Of a stretch of DNA of 64,000 bases, positions 56,550 to 64,000 are shown one piece after another. The stretch comes from a virus (lineage: Duplodnaviria > Heunggongvirae > Uroviricota > Caudoviricetes). The stretch lies in the IMG/VR virus record IMGVR_UViG_3300021400_000932, one strand, 5' to 3'. Position 1 is the first letter of the stretch, and each line of letters starts with the position of its first letter. Under the pieces are notes generated by a model. The model had not been told where the DNA came from. It made no database searches and saw only the letters and a program-made list of their open reading frames with translations. Position numbers and translations under genes: made by a program.

Positions 56550-56933
56550 TTATTTTTCTGCGTATTTTTGCAGAAACTCCGTCCTAAAGAACTGTTCAAT
56601 CTTTAATCCGATGACACAAGCGAGTTGAAGTTCCTCGATGTACTTTTGTGTTGTGTAGATATCCCCATTCAGAGAACTAGGGTTAACGGCAATTCTGTCG
56701 AAGTAGAATGGAGCTTCACTAGTAGTGAAAGCACATATCGCCGTACCGCTTACAGGGAACAAAGTTCCGGTTGTCACTCCGATGGAATAGATGTCTTTGT
56801 TGTTATGGAATGAGAACCAGAAAACCACTTCTCCATCCAACATCGTAAACCGATAGAATGGAGAACCATCTTCGGATATGGTTTTCCAGTCTAATTTGAT
56901 TTCTAAGTTCAGCTTATTTGCAGAGTTTGTCAT
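56550..56933 (-). CDS. Hypothetical protein
   Basis: 127 aa ORF with AAGGAG RBS. Confidence 0.7.
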   Translation of the reverse strand: MTNSANKLNLEIKLDWKTISEDGSPFYRFTMLDGEVVFWFSFHNNKDIYSIGVTTGTLFPVSGTAICAFTTSEAPFYFDRIAVNPSSLNGDIYTTQKYIEELQLACVIGLKIEQFFRTEFLQKYAEK

Positions 56934-56973
56934 AAAAATTCTCCTTTCTGTTCCTTTGTTCGGAACCTAGATG

Positions 56974-57282
56974 TTATGCCCACGCACCCTCGGCAGAAAT
57001 ATGTGTGTATTTGCCGACCCTCTGCATCGGATGTCGGCACTCACGGAATCCGTTCTCACACTTCCCGAAGTCCTCACCGCTACCGCAGCCACAGAGGTCA
57101 AGCCCATAGTGATTTACACAGTGGTCACAGCAGTAACTGTCCGGAAGTTGTTCGATGCTATTGAGGTCAATACCAGGGAAGAATTTTTGAAGATTCTCCT
57201 GCTTGCAGGAATAAGACCGGCTTGTTCTTGTAGACAGCGTAATCGCACCGCAGGAACATTTCTGATAAGTTGTAATTTTCAT
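56974..57282 (-). CDS. Cys-rich hypothetical protein
   Basis: CSCG...CCDHCVNHYGLDLCGCGSGE. Confidence 0.7.
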   Translation of the reverse strand: MKITTYQKCSCGAITLSTRTSRSYSCKQENLQKFFPGIDLNSIEQLPDSYCCDHCVNHYGLDLCGCGSGEDFGKCENGFRECRHPMQRVGKYTHISAEGAWA

Positions 57283-57298
57283 TTAGTACACCACCCAT

Positions 57299-57616
57299 TT
57301 ATATTGTAGCATCTGTAAATTTGACGCCATCTTGTTCCATTTTTTCGATGATAGATTTTTCATTTTCATCATTGAAAATAATTGCATCGGTAGTTTCAAC
57401 AACTACCCTTAAAAGGTGAGCTTCAATCCACCATGCAATTACTTTTCTATCTTCGATATCTGCGACACGAGCATGGCGATAATCGCCAAAGGAATCGCAC
57501 ATCAGAGTTCTGCTGTTTTGGTCTGTCACCTTTATATTCCAAAACTTATCACGCTTGTATCTTGCGAGGTTCGGCATAAAGAGTTTATCGAATTCCCTAA
57601 GTGTAATATCAGCCAT
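57299..57616 (-). CDS. Hypothetical protein, first gene after a strong promoter
   Basis: GGAGGT RBS. Confidence 0.7.
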   Translation of the reverse strand: MADITLREFDKLFMPNLARYKRDKFWNIKVTDQNSRTLMCDSFGDYRHARVADIEDRKVIAWWIEAHLLRVVVETTDAIIFNDENEKSIIEKMEQDGVKFTDATI

Positions 57617-57638
57617 CTTGTGTACCTCCGTATATTTA

Positions 57639-57716
57639 ATATAACGATTACATTATCATTATATCACAATATTAGAAAATTGCAATAGTAATAGACATTA
57701 CAATAGCTATTGTAAT
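57639..57716 (-). promoter_or_regulatory. Host-type promoter with a perfect 20-bp palindrome and a downstream phage motif
   Basis: ATTACAATAGCTATTGTAAT (57697-57716); TTGCAA, 16 nt, TG-n-TATAAT; AATCGTTATAT (57639-57649). Confidence 0.75.
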
Positions 57717-57737
57717 AGTTTTGTAACCTTTTTTGAC

Positions 57738-57770
57738 AAAAATAAAGAGGTTGGTGTGAAACCAACCTCT
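57738..57770 (-). terminator. Rho-independent terminator
   Basis: AGAGGTTGGT/ACCAACCTCT stem followed by TTATTTTT. Confidence 0.8.
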
Positions 57771-57784
57771 CAAATTGAACTTGA

Positions 57785-58054
57785 TTACTGATATTCTTCT
57801 TGATGGTCTTCCCAGAATGCTTCTACATCATCCCAACCGAGCCAGCCAGCATATGTATCATCTTCGAACCAGAAGAAGTCATTCAGCTCAGTTTCATCAA
57901 TGCCATCGGGATATTCCTCAGCGAGAATACCGATAATGGTATTGAGTTCGTCATCCGACAAGCATTTTACTCTGTCTAATGCTCCAGACCAAACCATATC
58001 GCGAATGCCATTGGCATCTAAGTCATTAGATGTGGTAACTGTGATATATGCCAT
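57785..58054 (-). CDS. Small acidic phage protein
   Basis: WSGA.D...LAEEYPDGIDETELNDFFWFE motif; C-ending codon bias. Confidence 0.75.
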   Translation of the reverse strand: MAYITVTTSNDLDANGIRDMVWSGALDRVKCLSDDELNTIIGILAEEYPDGIDETELNDFFWFEDDTYAGWLGWDDVEAFWEDHQEEYQ

Positions 58055-58058
58055 AGTT

Positions 58059-58283
58059 TTACTCCTTTACTTCACTAATAAAATCAGGGTCTTCATCCAT
58101 AACCTCGAATGAGTCCGGCAGGTAATCACCCTCTGGTAATTCAAACTCATCTATGTGATTTTGGGCATACTCTAAAGCCGCCTCAGCCGATTCCGCAGGA
58201 ACAATAATATCTCCAGTTTCTACCCAAGAAACAGTAACTGCCCATTTTTTGGTATTTTTCGATGCTTGAACTATCCGTTTCAT
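58059..58283 (-). CDS. Leader-bearing small acidic protein
   Basis: MKRIVQASK. Confidence 0.75.
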   Translation of the reverse strand: MKRIVQASKNTKKWAVTVSWVETGDIIVPAESAEAALEYAQNHIDEFELPEGDYLPDSFEVMDEDPDFISEVKE

Positions 58284-58678
58284 ACCGATTCCCCTTTATT
58301 TGATTTATACAGTTGTTCGTATAATCTCGCCGCCTTCGCTCTAGGCATTTCCCAAGAACCGCCTGGTTGCGAAATAAGAATAGATTTCTTTCCTTTTTGA
58401 ACTTGGAATGTTGTATCTCCAATGGTATATTTAACTTTATCAGGAGAACCGCCATCATTCAGATAATCTTGTGCGGCTTCGAAATCATCTTGGTAAATTC
58501 GTCTTGGTACACCATTATCTATGACGAATTCCGCAACTCTGTGAGAAATCTGTCCTTCTATATTATAGAAAACATAAAGGAAGTTCTTAATCTGTTCTCT
58601 GTCGATTTCAGATGCAGCAACCGGAAGCCTATCTTCATAGATAGTAGATGCTTTTATTACTATTTTCATATTCGACAC
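58280..58678 (-). CDS. Leader-bearing hypothetical protein
   Basis: MKIVIKAST...PVAASE. Confidence 0.7.
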   Translation of the reverse strand: MSNMKIVIKASTIYEDRLPVAASEIDREQIKNFLYVFYNIEGQISHRVAEFVIDNGVPRRIYQDDFEAAQDYLNDGGSPDKVKYTIGDTTFQVQKGKKSILISQPGGSWEMPRAKAARLYEQLYKSNKGESV

Positions 58679-58684
58679 CCCAGA

Positions 58685-59347
58685 TTAGTTTGTTCTGTAG
58701 ATGTAGTAGTCATCCCAATCAATTTCAATACCATCATATCCGGCAAGCATAGGACCTCTACCATCTAATTCTTTGGTTTCTTCGATGACCGCATCCCAAT
58801 CTACGAGATTATTGCGTTCGACTACCTCATTGAGTTCATCTTCACCAAACTCAAATTTGAATTCTTCCACATAGTCATCAATAGAATCGACAAGATATTC
58901 TGAAAGTTTGGTTACAAGGTCATCTGTTGATAGTAAACAAGCCTTGTAGTTCACATCGCCATTTTCATCTACTTCAAAATCATCGTCATCAATGAGTTCT
59001 GCATCATAGCATTCCTGAACAAGTCTTGTGCCATATGTGTCATCATATTCCTCATAGATGTCATAAGCATAGTTTTCTTCCATCTCTCTGTAAGCATCTT
59101 CAAACCAATCTGCATCAGCAAATTCAGTAAGAATTCTACTCTGGAAACTTGGGGTAAAACCTTGAATGCCTAAATCATCAATGAGATTCATTTCGGAATT
59201 ATAAAATTCCTCGTCAGCCTCATCTTCTGTCAGCACAAGATACTCTCTGCCATCAGCTACTTCATAGAGGTTTTCATTATAATCAGATTGAGTTATTTCA
59301 GATTCATCTACACCAAGCAATTCAGCTAAAGCCTCAATTTTTTCCAT
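58685..59347 (-). CDS. Very acidic phage protein
   Basis: EYLVLTEDEADE...VDWDAVIEE...DGRG..LAGYDG.E motif. Confidence 0.75.
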   Translation of the reverse strand: MEKIEALAELLGVDESEITQSDYNENLYEVADGREYLVLTEDEADEEFYNSEMNLIDDLGIQGFTPSFQSRILTEFADADWFEDAYREMEENYAYDIYEEYDDTYGTRLVQECYDAELIDDDDFEVDENGDVNYKACLLSTDDLVTKLSEYLVDSIDDYVEEFKFEFGEDELNEVVERNNLVDWDAVIEETKELDGRGPMLAGYDGIEIDWDDYYIYRTN

Positions 59348-59393
59348 GGCTATTATCTCCTTATTTATTATATATTATTTAACGATTTGAAAA

Positions 59394-60005
59394 TCAGAAA
59401 TGAGCAATAGTAGCGGATGCTGTATTACCAACAAGCAGCTCGCCGGTATTTCTGTCCTCTACAAGTATTCCAGTCTTGTGACCATTGGTATCATTCCACG
59501 AGAAACCAATAACATCATAACTATCTACTCGGTCTAAATCGCCACCGATATATATAGCATCTCCATTATCAACCATCTGTTTCAGTTCTTTTCGAGTAAA
59601 CAGATAACCACGTGGAAATCTTCTTGTCTGCTTACCATATTTTCTACCGCTTGGTGACTTCCAAGCCGATGCGGTAATTGAAGTAGCAGAATTTATATTG
59701 TTACAAGCCAAAAGACTTCTATCAAATGGAGATTCTGCAAAATCGGAGTTAGGTAGTCCATCTTCTCCAATATCAAAATATTCATCATATGTAAATCCTT
59801 GCGATTCACCGGTAATCATATTAGTAATCAGAACGCTGCCGTTACCATTACAAATAAATGAATGTGCATAATCAATAGCTTCTTCTAAATCATCTACACA
59901 AGCATATTCTGAAAGACCTCGGAAACTATCTTCGAAGAACGATTCAACTAGATAGTTATACTCTGAGTCATTGATAGAAGCAAAAACCTTAAATTTTCTT
60001 TTCAT
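59394..60005 (-). CDS. Leader-bearing two-part hypothetical protein
   Basis: MKRKFKVFAS; internal INSATSITASA linker. Confidence 0.75.
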   Translation of the reverse strand: MKRKFKVFASINDSEYNYLVESFFEDSFRGLSEYACVDDLEEAIDYAHSFICNGNGSVLITNMITGESQGFTYDEYFDIGEDGLPNSDFAESPFDRSLLACNNINSATSITASAWKSPSGRKYGKQTRRFPRGYLFTRKELKQMVDNGDAIYIGGDLDRVDSYDVIGFSWNDTNGHKTGILVEDRNTGELLVGNTASATIAHF

Positions 60006-60011
60006 TGTGTA

Positions 60012-60497
60012 TCACCATTTAAACTTAGTATATACTATGCGGTTTCCATCTGTCCACACATAAGATTTATTCATTCTCTCAAAAATTGCTTTTCCAAATC
60101 GACCTAAATCAATGTAGCTAAATGGATTTATTGGTCTTTGGTCCATACCTGCATCATAGTGAGCACAAATATTTTGAAGATGGGAGAAGTATCCATTGTA
60201 TATATCATATTTTGCGAAATCCTCAAAACTATAATACACAAACAATTCTTTATTTTGCCATTCACCTTCTCCAACCGACTGCAAAAGGCTTTCAGATAAT
60301 TCTGGATATTTGGGTTTCATTTCTTCGAAATTATCGAACTCATCACGAAATTCCCAACAAAAAATAGGATTATCCAATCCTTTGTAGTTGGCTTCGAGTT
60401 CTTTTAACTTTTCGGTATCATTAAAAACTATGGCCTCAAGTTGTTGTAACTCTTTAGCATCATACAAATATTTTATATCCATATAATTTAACCCCAC
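60012..60497 (-). CDS. ArdA-like acidic protein (paralog of 60513-60860)
   Basis: FEDFAKY...NPFSYIDLGRFGKAI resembles the ArdA C-terminal YIDYEAYGRDL motif. Confidence 0.5.
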   Translation of the reverse strand: MGLNYMDIKYLYDAKELQQLEAIVFNDTEKLKELEANYKGLDNPIFCWEFRDEFDNFEEMKPKYPELSESLLQSVGEGEWQNKELFVYYSFEDFAKYDIYNGYFSHLQNICAHYDAGMDQRPINPFSYIDLGRFGKAIFERMNKSYVWTDGNRIVYTKFKW

Positions 60498-60512
60498 CTA
60501 CATTATTGTGCA

Positions 60513-60860
60513 TCACCAGCCATAAGATGTTTCTACAACATTTGTACCGTCTGTCCAATACATCGAAGCATCCCATGATTCGGAAAGAGCCTCGCCAAGT
60601 GCTTGCATATCAATGAAGTCAAACAAATTTGGTGCGCCATTCCAGTCAGGTTCTCCATATGTACCGAGTACTGAAGTATACCAACCTTCACATACTTCAT
60701 ACTCAGCCAAACCAGTTAAACCATCATAATATACATACAACTCGTCATCTTGCCACTCACCCTCACCAATATCAGACAAAAGGTCAGCAGCCAATTCAGG
60801 ATATTCATTTGATAGTTCTTCGAAATTATCAAAAGTTGCATAATAATCGCCTTTTATCAT
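60513..60860 (-). CDS. ArdA-like acidic protein
   Basis: LAEYEV.EGW...NLFDFIDMQALGEAL. Confidence 0.5.
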   Translation of the reverse strand: MIKGDYYATFDNFEELSNEYPELAADLLSDIGEGEWQDDELYVYYDGLTGLAEYEVCEGWYTSVLGTYGEPDWNGAPNLFDFIDMQALGEALSESWDASMYWTDGTNVVETSYGW

Positions 60861-60873
60861 AGCTCAACCCTCC

Positions 60874-61251
60874 CTATGGTGCAATAGCATATACGGTAAC
60901 CGTGGCAGTATATACATACATATCATCAGAACCGTAGAAATAGTCCGGTTCACCTTTTTCTACAATAGCATCGAAACCGTAATCAGAACCATCGGTCAGT
61001 TCGTGCATATACTCATCAATTCCTATCAATAGGAATTTTTCTAACTGCCAGTAGTTTTCCGGATACTCAATAGCGATTGTGTATTCTACTTCATTTTCAT
61101 CGACGACTTTATCGTCAACTACTGTGCATTTAGCATATTCGCCATTGCCCCAGATTTCAAACTCTTTGTCCGGAAATTCAAAATCGAATCTTTCATCCAG
61201 TGCTATCGCAGCAGTAACTGTTTTAGGGGATACCTTAAATGTTTTCTTCAT
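60874..61251 (-). CDS. Leader-bearing acidic protein
   Basis: MKKTFKVSPKTVTAAI. Confidence 0.7.
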   Translation of the reverse strand: MKKTFKVSPKTVTAAIALDERFDFEFPDKEFEIWGNGEYAKCTVVDDKVVDENEVEYTIAIEYPENYWQLEKFLLIGIDEYMHELTDGSDYGFDAIVEKGEPDYFYGSDDMYVYTATVTVYAIAP

Positions 61252-61265
61252 ATTATCACCAAGCC

Positions 61266-62000
61266 TTATTCTTCAAATGAAACATTTGCATAGTCCGCAT
61301 AATCTCGCAGCCAATCGACGTCAAAGTCTGTCCAACCATCGGGATTTGCTTTATAATCTTCAATAAGTTCTTCCACCGTACCGGAATGCTCTCCCGATGG
61401 AGAAGAATCAAGATAAAGCACATCAAAATCAGGATTTTCCGACAATCGTTCTACCAGAGTTTCGCTATTTTCCTCATAGATACCGTTGTCGAAATGATAG
61501 GTTATAATCTGACATACTGCTTTCCACTTATCTCTGTCAGATTCAAAAGCCTCTATGAACTCTTGTTTGTCGCTTGGGAAGAAAGAAATAAATCCGGAAC
61601 GAGAAGAATACTTCTCATGTAAGAAGTTCAAGAAATCATTATCATCTTTGTATTCTTCAAACTCTTCGGTTACCCAACCATCGTCCACAGAAATAGAAAA
61701 ATTGAGTTCATCCCCAGAGAAATTATAGTATGATGGATGATACATACTACCGGAACCAGATACAACCTTAGCCGGAATACCAAGTTCGTTGAAACTGTCT
61801 TGAATTATATCCATAGACTCTGTAACAACCTGATTCCAGAAAGCATCCAAATCTTTATCCAAGACTACCATCTCAGAGTTATAGAAAAATGAACTAAGTG
61901 ACCCACCATAGGCATCTACATCAATTATCGGAATGACATTGGTAGATACGTCATATGTTGTCCAATCGCCATTATCGGCAGCAAAAACAAATCTTTTCAT
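61266..62000 (-). CDS. Leader-bearing acidic protein
   Basis: MKRFVFAAD; HPSYYNFSGD...YSSRSGFISF motif. Confidence 0.75.
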   Translation of the reverse strand: MKRFVFAADNGDWTTYDVSTNVIPIIDVDAYGGSLSSFFYNSEMVVLDKDLDAFWNQVVTESMDIIQDSFNELGIPAKVVSGSGSMYHPSYYNFSGDELNFSISVDDGWVTEEFEEYKDDNDFLNFLHEKYSSRSGFISFFPSDKQEFIEAFESDRDKWKAVCQIITYHFDNGIYEENSETLVERLSENPDFDVLYLDSSPSGEHSGTVEELIEDYKANPDGWTDFDVDWLRDYADYANVSFEE

Positions 62001-62004
62001 AATA

Positions 62005-62319
62005 TCAATCCTCTATCCAATCTCGCACGAATTCAGAAACAACTTTAATTAAGCCGTCTTTATTTTCTTCAACTAAATCATATTTTTCCCAATCATCTTT
62101 TTCTCTTGCGTCTTCTTCTAATTCTTCTAACATACCATCAACAAACAATTCACCATATGGTGTAGTATCATCTTTATATTCATACCAATCTTCGGAACAA
62201 TCTGAATCTGCGGTAAAAACTAATACACCATCTATGTAGATATTAAATTCATAATACCCTGCACGCATTTCTATTTTTGGATGATTGCCTGCTGTATTTG
62301 CACGGATAATTCTTTTCAT
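62005..62319 (-). CDS. Leader-bearing acidic protein
   Basis: Probable start MKRIIRAN. Confidence 0.7.
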   Translation of the reverse strand: MKRIIRANTAGNHPKIEMRAGYYEFNIYIDGVLVFTADSDCSEDWYEYKDDTTPYGELFVDGMLEELEEDAREKDDWEKYDLVEENKDGLIKVVSEFVRDWIED

Positions 62320-62452
62320 AATTTTATGTCCTCTCATGTTTTAAAATAAATCTTTTGGATTTGGGACAAGTTCATCTATATGATTATTCTGTTCCAACAT
62401 ATCTATTAAAAGTTCTTTCATATCTTCTGTTGAAGCTATATCGAAGTCGTAA

Positions 62453-62695
62453 TCACACCTCAAAAAACTCATCGACATAATCACCATTTAGAAAATGACG
62501 TCTATTGTTGTTGTCGCTAACCAATAATCCACCATTTTCCAAATAATCGAGAATAACATACTTTTCTCCGACTGTAAAATATTCTTTATCTGCATCAGAA
62601 TCGTGCTTTACACAAGTGACATACTTAGGAGAATAGTCATAATCAGAGCAAGAAACCGATTTAGATGCTTTAATTCCCTTAATTACTCTTTTCAT
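62453..62695 (-). CDS. Leader-bearing small protein
   Basis: MKRVIKGIKASKSVSCS; FTVGEKY.I. Confidence 0.7.
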   Translation of the reverse strand: MKRVIKGIKASKSVSCSDYDYSPKYVTCVKHDSDADKEYFTVGEKYVILDYLENGGLLVSDNNNRRHFLNGDYVDEFFEV

Positions 62696-62708
62696 AGCAA
62701 ATCACCTA

Positions 62709-63074
62709 TCAATAGAAGTCATATTCGCCATTTGCGATTCCCTCAACATCTTCAAAATAATAATCTCTGAGTCGTTCGGCTATCGCAACTCTCGTATTCT
62801 TGGGAAGAAGTGTCAGGCTACCCTTGCCAGAACCGAACTCTCTATCATATGCCCGAACGCCATCATCGGCAAGATACTGCCAAGCCTTGATAGCCTGTTC
62901 ATTATCATACCTACCAGCTTTCATCTTTCTTGCTAAATTATTAATTATCGGAATTGTCCGACTGCGATACAGACGTCCATCATTGGTAATGTATAAAACG
63001 AGTTCTTCTACATCCTCTGCGGAAGTTATATCTCTGTCGATTAAATAATTGGAAGATTTTATATATCTTTTCAC
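62709..63074 (-). CDS. Leader-bearing conserved-looking phage protein
   Basis: GTG start, KRYIKSS; ELVLYITNDGRLY...NLARK...YD...A.KAW.Y...Y..EFG. Confidence 0.8.
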   Translation of the reverse strand: MKRYIKSSNYLIDRDITSAEDVEELVLYITNDGRLYRSRTIPIINNLARKMKAGRYDNEQAIKAWQYLADDGVRAYDREFGSGKGSLTLLPKNTRVAIAERLRDYYFEDVEGIANGEYDFY

Positions 63075-63193
63075 AACAACTCACCCTTATCTGCTTTTTG
63101 TGTCCTAATACTATTAAAGGTTTGAATTGAACCTCTCGGAACAGTTCAAACCTTTAATTTATTATTTATCCACACTCCATAGCAATTCACCTA

Positions 63194-63874
63194 TCAGTTA
63201 TACTCGTGAGGAACAAACTCCCCACTCTCAATTTGGCGAATAAGTTCATTGTATTCATCCAAAAGCCATGCCGCCGTGTTCGGGTAACTCTCTTCGGGCG
63301 AGATACCCATATCAGTATCCCAAACCTCACCAGTTTCCTCATCATACGGCATATCGCAGAAATCATAATCAGCCCACACAGCTTCATGTGTAGTAGCAAT
63401 TTTAGCGCAGATTACATAGCTTGGTTCATTTTCATCATGAATTACAGACTCGAAGTCATCAGTATATCCGGCATTGGACCAACCGACATAAACAGCCCAA
63501 TCATTGTCCAGCTTATACTGATTGTTGGTGGCAGTTCCTGCAAGCAGATTATCTACACTTTCCTTAATAAACTTCGCAAGGTCGGAAGCAGACTGTGTAG
63601 ATGCCGTAATGTCGCAACTTTCAATATCAGTAGAAGCATCTTCAAACTGACGATAGAATTCCCTGATATGTCTATTGGTAGTCTGACTTGCCTTGTATTC
63701 TTCCTCCGGAACTCTCTTGCCATTACGGACAGTAGCTACCGGAGTATCATAGCTGTAAAGAACATAATCTCCGTTGTCTTTCACAACTACTTTTGCTTTA
63801 CCATAAAAGCTCTTTCGGGAATCATACTGCGGAGAAAGCTCAAAAATTCTTTCTGCTTTAATGTATCTTTTCAT
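63194..63874 (-). CDS. Leader-bearing two-domain protein
   Basis: Probable start MKRYIKAE; SFYGKA...LYSYDT.V...SQTT.RHI.EF domain, then a DITAS linker and an acidic domain. Confidence 0.75.
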   Translation of the reverse strand: MKRYIKAERIFELSPQYDSRKSFYGKAKVVVKDNGDYVLYSYDTPVATVRNGKRVPEEEYKASQTTNRHIREFYRQFEDASTDIESCDITASTQSASDLAKFIKESVDNLLAGTATNNQYKLDNDWAVYVGWSNAGYTDDFESVIHDENEPSYVICAKIATTHEAVWADYDFCDMPYDEETGEVWDTDMGISPEESYPNTAAWLLDEYNELIRQIESGEFVPHEYN

Positions 63875-63885
63875 GTTGCTGCACC

Positions 63886-63999
63886 TCAATTAAAATATCT
63901 GGTATCATCACGGAATGGTGGTAACACTTCTTCTGTTTCAGCATCGAACAGAACAAATTTACCATTATCCCAATAGTAGTCATATCCGGCAGACGCCAA
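63886..63999 (-). CDS. 3' end of a gene starting beyond the right edge
   Basis: Open frame ...AGYDYYWDNGKFVLFDAET...RYFN* ending just before the next RBS. Confidence 0.55.
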   Translation of the reverse strand: MASAGYDYYWDNGKFVLFDAETEEVLPPFRDDTRYFN

Positions 64000-64000
64000 C

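Noticed and set aside
62341-62472. Programmed frameshift extending 62453-62695 at TTTTTTG
   Set aside because: The overlapping 43-codon frame has its own ATG and no stimulatory structure is evident; it cannot be distinguished from a small separate ORF or chance.
1-64000. Stop-codon reassignment as in some large gut phages
   Set aside because: Standard-code ORFs tile the window densely and known enzymes are full length.

Overview
This 64 kb window is a segment of a large tailed-phage genome. It is low-GC, densely coded and almost entirely on the minus strand. The host is probably a Bacillota/Clostridia bacterium, inferred from strong Shine-Dalgarno sites, extended -10 promoters, IS200/IS605 tnpB elements and the tail-protein families. 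From left to right: (1) a DnaB-like helicase and degenerate DnaC-like loader; (2) an origin-like non-coding region with six 24-bp palindromic repeats; (3) a phage sigma factor; (4) a tail/receptor-binding module containing a complete diversity-generating retroelement (DGR), with RT, Avd, a 93-bp TR and two tandem paralogous targets whose VRs differ from the TR only at adenines, one VR carrying an extra codon and both followed by a conserved two-hairpin element; (5) NAD-dependent ligase, Rad50-like ATPase, UvrD and SNF2 helicases, RecU-like, HD, metallophosphoesterase and MT-A70 genes; (6) a long accessory region with two TnpB-only IS elements, six YopX paralogs, Lar-like, ArdA-like and DUF932 genes, and a tRNA-like RNA whose anticodon loop is replaced by an insert. 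The least explained signal is a family of about 17 mostly acidic, mostly unrelated proteins sharing a basic N-terminal leader, MKR..(I/V)x(A/S)(S/A). They include two separately encoded modules of the phosphorothioation-associated methyltransferase family and may be capsid-targeted, injected cargo. All family assignments come from motif recognition by eye; no database searches were run.
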